From contig JBMFRX010000013.1 of the NCBI GenBank assembly GCA_049967855.1, positions 1 through 40,495 on the forward strand: DNA of 40,495 bases, in the 5' to 3' direction. A program made the translations under genes and the position numbers. Positions 36,888 to 40,495 of this stretch are shown here, in pieces (position 1 is the first letter of the stretch; every line of letters starts with the position of its first letter). This DNA comes from Caldisericaceae bacterium. Its GTDB lineage: Bacteria > Caldisericota > Caldisericia > Caldisericales > Caldisericaceae. The notes under the pieces were generated by a model. It saw only the letters and a program-made list of their open reading frames with translations, did no database searches and was not told the DNA's origin.

Positions 36888-38709
36888 TGAGCCTGATCTT
36901 GCTTATTCCCACTGAAATGTCGTTTGCGATTTCCACAAGAATTCCGACCTCATCTTTTCCGAAGGCATTCTTCTTTGACGAATAGAGATTAAGTAAACCT
37001 ATTGCATTATCAAGATAGGTTAATGGCAATGCTATGCTTGACATAAAACCCCTCTTGAGCGCCTCTTCTCTCCAAGAGACAAAAATGGGGTCACTCTGAA
37101 TGTCATTTACAATAAATGGTTTGTTGTGCGTAATTGCCATGCCAGTAGGTCCTTTTCCATAGGTCTCATCATAAAGAATTATCTTTATTTTCTCAAGATA
37201 ACCCTCTTCTGAACCAGCAAACATAACAGGCTTAATTTCTAAAGAATTTTCCTGCTTATAGCCAATCCAAACAAATACAACAAAGTTAAGTGCTGAAACA
37301 ATTTTACGACACAGCTTTTGCAGGAAAGTATTTTCATCATCTTCTCTTAGAACCAGTTCTGCAACTTCACGAGCAAAAGTTTGGTATAGAATGAGTTGAT
37401 TAACTTTGACTTCTTTCTCTTTAAGGTCGCTGATGTCTTCAACTACACCTACATCGTAGAGGAAATTCCCTTTATTATCTTTCATAATTGATGAAACCGT
37501 GAAACGCCCCCAAAAGTAACTTCCATCTTTTCTCACGAATCTCTTCTCATTTGTATACTGCGAAATTTCACCATTTACAAGCTTCTCATGCAAATCAAGG
37601 TCATTCTCAAGGTCTTCAAGATAGGTATATTCTACCCACCGCATACCGAGAAGCTCCTCCCGTGAATAGCCAATCATCTTTGCAAACGACTCATTTGAGT
37701 CAATGATCTGTTCATTCTTGTCCGCAATCACAAACCCAACAGCAGATTCGTTAAAAACGCTTTCAAACCTACGCCTGCTCTCCTCTGCAGATTCTCTTAG
37801 CTTTCTATTTTCAGTAATATCGGAACTTATTTCTATAACTTTTTCAACAACTCCTGAGCTATTTTTTATGGGAATTGCCTTTGCATTCCACCACGTCCCG
37901 TCAGGAGTTTGGATTTCACCCTGTTCTAAAGTGCCACTTACAAGAGCCCTTGCCACGGGGCACCCATCACAAGGTAAATCTCTTCCAAACAACTCGTAGC
38001 ACTTTTTCCCAACAAGATTCTCTGAAGGCAGCCCAAATAACTCATTTTCTCGTTTATTTACAAACAGGAGTCTTTGCTGACCATCTTGTAATGTTACTAA
38101 GTCTTTCATATTTTCGAAAATTATGCTTTCAAAGCTTTCCTTCTCGACAAGTTTTTCTTGCGAGTTTTTCCATTCAAGCGCAAAGCCAATAACTAAGGCA
38201 AACGCACCAAGAATTTCTATCTCAAATTGAGAAAATTCTCTCTCTTCTACACATTCATCAAAACCAACAAAGCCCCAAAGGGACTTGTCAACAAAAATCG
38301 GAAACAGAGCAATTGATTTTATTGACTGCATTTCAAGGATGCTCCTATACGCAGTGGGCAGGTTGCGAACCAATCCCGAAAATGGTTTGCCTTGCCTGAA
38401 TAATTCAAACAAATCATTGAAACCTTCGTTTTTGATATCGATATTCTGGAGTTTTGGATTGTTGATTTGTTTAGAAATACCGAAGTTAACCCACTCGAAT
38501 TTCTGTCTGGCATAAATTTCGCCTTGGCTATTTTCTTCGAATTGGAACACATAAACCCTGCTTACTTTCATTGCTCTTCCTACATGCTCTACAGCGCGCA
38601 GGACACCCGTTTCCCAATCCTTTTCTTTGAAGAAAAATTCCATTGCCCTAACAACGGCAAGCAAAATGTCTGCTCTTCTTAATAGTGCTGACTCCCCTTT
38701 GTCAGTCAT
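36862..38709 (-). CDS. GAF-PAS-PAS-GAF sensory protein lacking an output domain (possibly truncated)
   Basis: GAF (SRVYVF...WGFVGFDEC), PAS (CYELFGRDLPCDGCPV), PAS/PAC (EKRFVRKDGSYFW...EDIS), GAF (GKGPTG..WREEALKRGFMSSIALPL). Start ATG 38709 after SD GGAGG. Confidence 0.82.
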   Translation of the reverse strand: MTDKGESALLRRADILLAVVRAMEFFFKEKDWETGVLRAVEHVGRAMKVSRVYVFQFEENSQGEIYARQKFEWVNFGISKQINNPKLQNIDIKNEGFNDLFELFRQGKPFSGLVRNLPTAYRSILEMQSIKSIALFPIFVDKSLWGFVGFDECVEEREFSQFEIEILGAFALVIGFALEWKNSQEKLVEKESFESIIFENMKDLVTLQDGQQRLLFVNKRENELFGLPSENLVGKKCYELFGRDLPCDGCPVARALVSGTLEQGEIQTPDGTWWNAKAIPIKNSSGVVEKVIEISSDITENRKLRESAEESRRRFESVFNESAVGFVIADKNEQIIDSNESFAKMIGYSREELLGMRWVEYTYLEDLENDLDLHEKLVNGEISQYTNEKRFVRKDGSYFWGRFTVSSIMKDNKGNFLYDVGVVEDISDLKEKEVKVNQLILYQTFAREVAELVLREDDENTFLQKLCRKIVSALNFVVFVWIGYKQENSLEIKPVMFAGSEEGYLEKIKIILYDETYGKGPTGMAITHNKPFIVNDIQSDPIFVSWREEALKRGFMSSIALPLTYLDNAIGLLNLYSSKKNAFGKDEVGILVEIANDISVGISKIRLIKQSHQKA

Positions 38710-38733
38710 AAAATAGTTACCTCCGTCTAAAGT

Positions 38734-38823
38734 TGGTGCCGAAGGTGGGAATCGAACCCACACGGAGCTCTGAACCCCTGCGGATTTTGAGTCCGCCGCG
38801 TCTGCCAGTTCCGCCACTCCGGC
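38734..38823 (-). tRNA. tRNA-Leu (anticodon CAA), CCA-encoded
   Basis: GCCGGAGTGGCGGAACTGGCAGACGCGGCGGACT-CAA-AATCCGC, long variable arm, GTGGGTTCGATTCCCAC, CTTCGGCACCA. Confidence 0.96.
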
Positions 38824-38837
38824 ACTTTTGCTGCTTA

Positions 38838-38865
38838 ATTATACGATTAAACTGCAATCCGTCAA
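38838..38865 (-). promoter_or_regulatory. Sigma70 promoter for tRNA-Leu
   Basis: Minus strand TTGACG-16 nt-TATAAT, 14 nt before the mature tRNA 5' end. Confidence 0.65.
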
Positions 38866-39494
38866 GAGCGCCTTAAGAGCTTCTTTAAATATTTCTCGTA
38901 CGAAGCTTTCCATTCTTTGCGCAAAGAGCTTAGCCCAAATAGTTCTTCAACAATTGTGAACAATAAAACAGCCAAGAAAAAATAAAGGCTATTTGAAAAT
39001 AAATAGATTAGAAATGCAAAAATCGGAAGTATCACCGCAAGCGATACAACCTGTGAGTGAGTTATTAAAAGAAGCAAAATCCAAATGGCGACTAATACTG
39101 CAAGCAAGATTAGAGCTTCGCTAAAAGGAAAAGATGCAAAAACGACAAACAGGAAAACTCCTGCTGTAGTTGCAGCCCCCTTGCCTCCTCTGAACCCAAG
39201 AAAAGGAGAGTAAACATGCCCAAGCACTGCGCAAAAGCCAATTACGGTAAGTACGGCTGGGGAGAACTTGTACAGATAATATGGCAAAACCAGCGCAACA
39301 ACTCCCTTGAGCAAGTCGCCAGCCAATGCAACAAATCCAGCCTTAATACTGACTAGATGAAAAACGTTCCCCGCACCTGGGTTCTTGCTCCCATAATCCC
39401 TTATGTCAATATGCTTTGAAACTCTACCCACTATGTAGGCAAAAGGAATAGAACCCATAAAAAATGCAAATAAGGCACTTAACGCATATTTCAT
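38862..39494 (-). CDS. Second PlsY-like acyltransferase family protein, divergent
   Basis: GSIPFA, DIRDYGSKNPGAGNV, DLLKG, LGHVYSPFLGFRGGKGAAT; no HxxN motif 3. Confidence 0.85.
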   Translation of the reverse strand: MKYALSALFAFFMGSIPFAYIVGRVSKHIDIRDYGSKNPGAGNVFHLVSIKAGFVALAGDLLKGVVALVLPYYLYKFSPAVLTVIGFCAVLGHVYSPFLGFRGGKGAATTAGVFLFVVFASFPFSEALILLAVLVAIWILLLLITHSQVVSLAVILPIFAFLIYLFSNSLYFFLAVLLFTIVEELFGLSSLRKEWKASYEKYLKKLLRRS

Positions 39495-39500
39495 ATTTTC

Positions 39501-39523
39501 ATTATATCAAAAAACAGTATAAT
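39501..39523. promoter_or_regulatory. Back-to-back divergent -10 boxes for the plsY-like and ECF sigma genes
   Basis: ATTATA 39501-39506 (TATAAT on minus, 6 nt before ATG 39494); TATAAT 39518-39523 (8 nt before ATG 39532). Confidence 0.6.
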
Positions 39524-39531
39524 ATGAGCTG

Positions 39532-40065
39532 ATGGATGAGAAAGAACTGATTAGACGTCTGAAAAGAGGAGATGCTTCCGCGCAAGAGGCATTCATAAGA
39601 AAATATCAAGACCTGATTTATGGTGCCATATTTCAAATTGCCAGGGACGCCGATCTTTCAAAAGACGTACTACAGGAGGTTTTCATAAAGGCATTAAAAA
39701 ATATTAACAAATTCAATGAGAATGCAGAAATATCGACCTGGCTTTACAGAATTGCGATGAATACCCTGAATGATGAGCTAAGGCAACTTAACAAGGTGCA
39801 TCCTCTAACGGACGATTTGCCACAAACAGTTGATTCTCCAATTTATTCATTTGATGAGAAAAAGAAAATCATATTCGAGGGAATGGGGAAACTTGACGAG
39901 AATTACAGAGAAATACTTTCACTTGTTGATATTCAGGGGCTAAGCTATGAAGAGGCTTCCACGCTGATTGGAGTGCCGATTGGCACAGTACGTTCGAGGC
40001 TTGCTAGAGCGAGAGAAAAATTGAGGGATATAATCCTTGAAAGCAACTTTTTCGATAAAATTTAA
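39532..40065 (+). CDS. ECF RNA polymerase sigma factor
   Basis: Region 2 DVLQEVFIKA...STWLYRIAMN; region 4 GLSYEEASTLIGVPIGTVRSRLARAR. Confidence 0.93.
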   Translation: MDEKELIRRLKRGDASAQEAFIRKYQDLIYGAIFQIARDADLSKDVLQEVFIKALKNINKFNENAEISTWLYRIAMNTLNDELRQLNKVHPLTDDLPQTVDSPIYSFDEKKKIIFEGMGKLDENYREILSLVDIQGLSYEEASTLIGVPIGTVRSRLARAREKLRDIILESNFFDKI

Positions 40066-40073
40066 AAAGCGAT

Positions 40074-40102
40074 GGAACTTTTTAGGTAATTTAGGAGTCT
40101 AA
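40074..40102 (+). promoter_or_regulatory. ECF (sigmaE-like) promoter upstream of the anti-sigma gene
   Basis: GGAACTT-16 nt-GTCTAA. Confidence 0.7.
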
Positions 40103-40108
40103 ATTGCG

Positions 40109-40495
40109 ATGAAAGAGAAAATTTCTGAATACCTTGATGGTAGAGTAAACAAAGAAGAGATGAATAAATTCTTCGAGGAAAATCCCGAGGAATATATTTA
40201 CTATGAACAGCTTACCAAAATGAAAAGTGTGCTTTCGGAGATGAAGACAAAAGCTCCTGATATTACAGGTAGTGTTCTTGCCTCAACAAGAAAAACAAGC
40301 CTTTCGAGAAAGCTGTCAATAGCTATCTCTATTGCTGCTGTTGTTTTGGTATCGGGCTTTCTTGTTAAGGCTTATGTTTTTAAGCCTGAGATGAACTTAC
40401 AAATGGCAGATAAATCAAATCCTCAATTAAAAAGCTTTGCATTTTCACCGCAAAAGCCTTCAATTAACATAGAAATTAGCAAATCAAGTGAGGCT
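40109..40495 (+). CDS. Membrane-anchored anti-sigma factor (partial, runs off window; not in ORF track)
   Basis: MKEKISEYLDGRVNKEEMNKFFEENPEE... then a single TM (LSIAISIAAVVLVSGFLV); open to the window end; directly follows the ECF sigma gene. Confidence 0.8.
   Translation, partial: MKEKISEYLDGRVNKEEMNKFFEENPEEYIYYEQLTKMKSVLSEMKTKAPDITGSVLASTRKTSLSRKLSIAISIAAVVLVSGFLVKAYVFKPEMNLQMADKSNPQLKSFAFSPQKPSINIEISKSSEA

Noticed and set aside
38734..38760. tRNA 3' end as an att site of an integrated element
   Set aside because: No duplicated tRNA 3' segment found by eye and no integrase in the window.
38710..38817. 36-aa N-terminal extension (MAELADAADSKSAG...) of the 651-aa ORF in the track
   Set aside because: It is the translation of tRNA-Leu; the real start is ATG 38709 with SD GGAGG.

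Overview
AT-rich, gene-dense bacterial chromosomal window. The ferredoxin-linked metabolism and 'stalk'/PEGA/cohesin surface proteins suggest an anaerobe, possibly Caldiserica-like (inference only). In order: 3' end of an alpha/beta hydrolase; a minus-strand clpB-rsmG-membrane protein-C25 peptidase(+dockerin) operon; a PEGA lipoprotein; an EamA transporter; YqeY; a ~9.6 kb operon (buk, P-loop protein, four-subunit Vor-type 2-oxoacid:ferredoxin oxidoreductase, cupin, SDR, orphan sbcD, and an SLT-PEGA-cohesin-FN3-stalk surface protein); a Na/Pi cotransporter. Next is an ~8.7 kb accessory-looking block bracketed by two inverted copies of a 33-bp GTAG-ended palindrome, holding ykvA-like, YgjP/M48, N-terminally extended RadC, a GT-C-like membrane protein, a CrtH/phytoene-desaturase-family flavoprotein fused to an 8-Cys Fe-S domain, a CrtQ/CruC-like GT2 and a divergent PlsY-like protein. 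Then an ABC-2 exporter, ABC-F, acyl-CoA dehydrogenase, deoxynucleoside kinase, TIGR03936-like protein, an output-less GAF/PAS sensor behind tRNA-Leu(CAA), a second divergent PlsY, and an ECF sigma/anti-sigma pair. The best candidate for an undescribed system is the Fe-S-fused Crt-like oxidoreductase + GT2 + non-canonical PlsY lipid-tailoring module. No CRISPR array, rRNA, transposase or integrase was seen. All family calls come from motif recognition by eye, not database searches.
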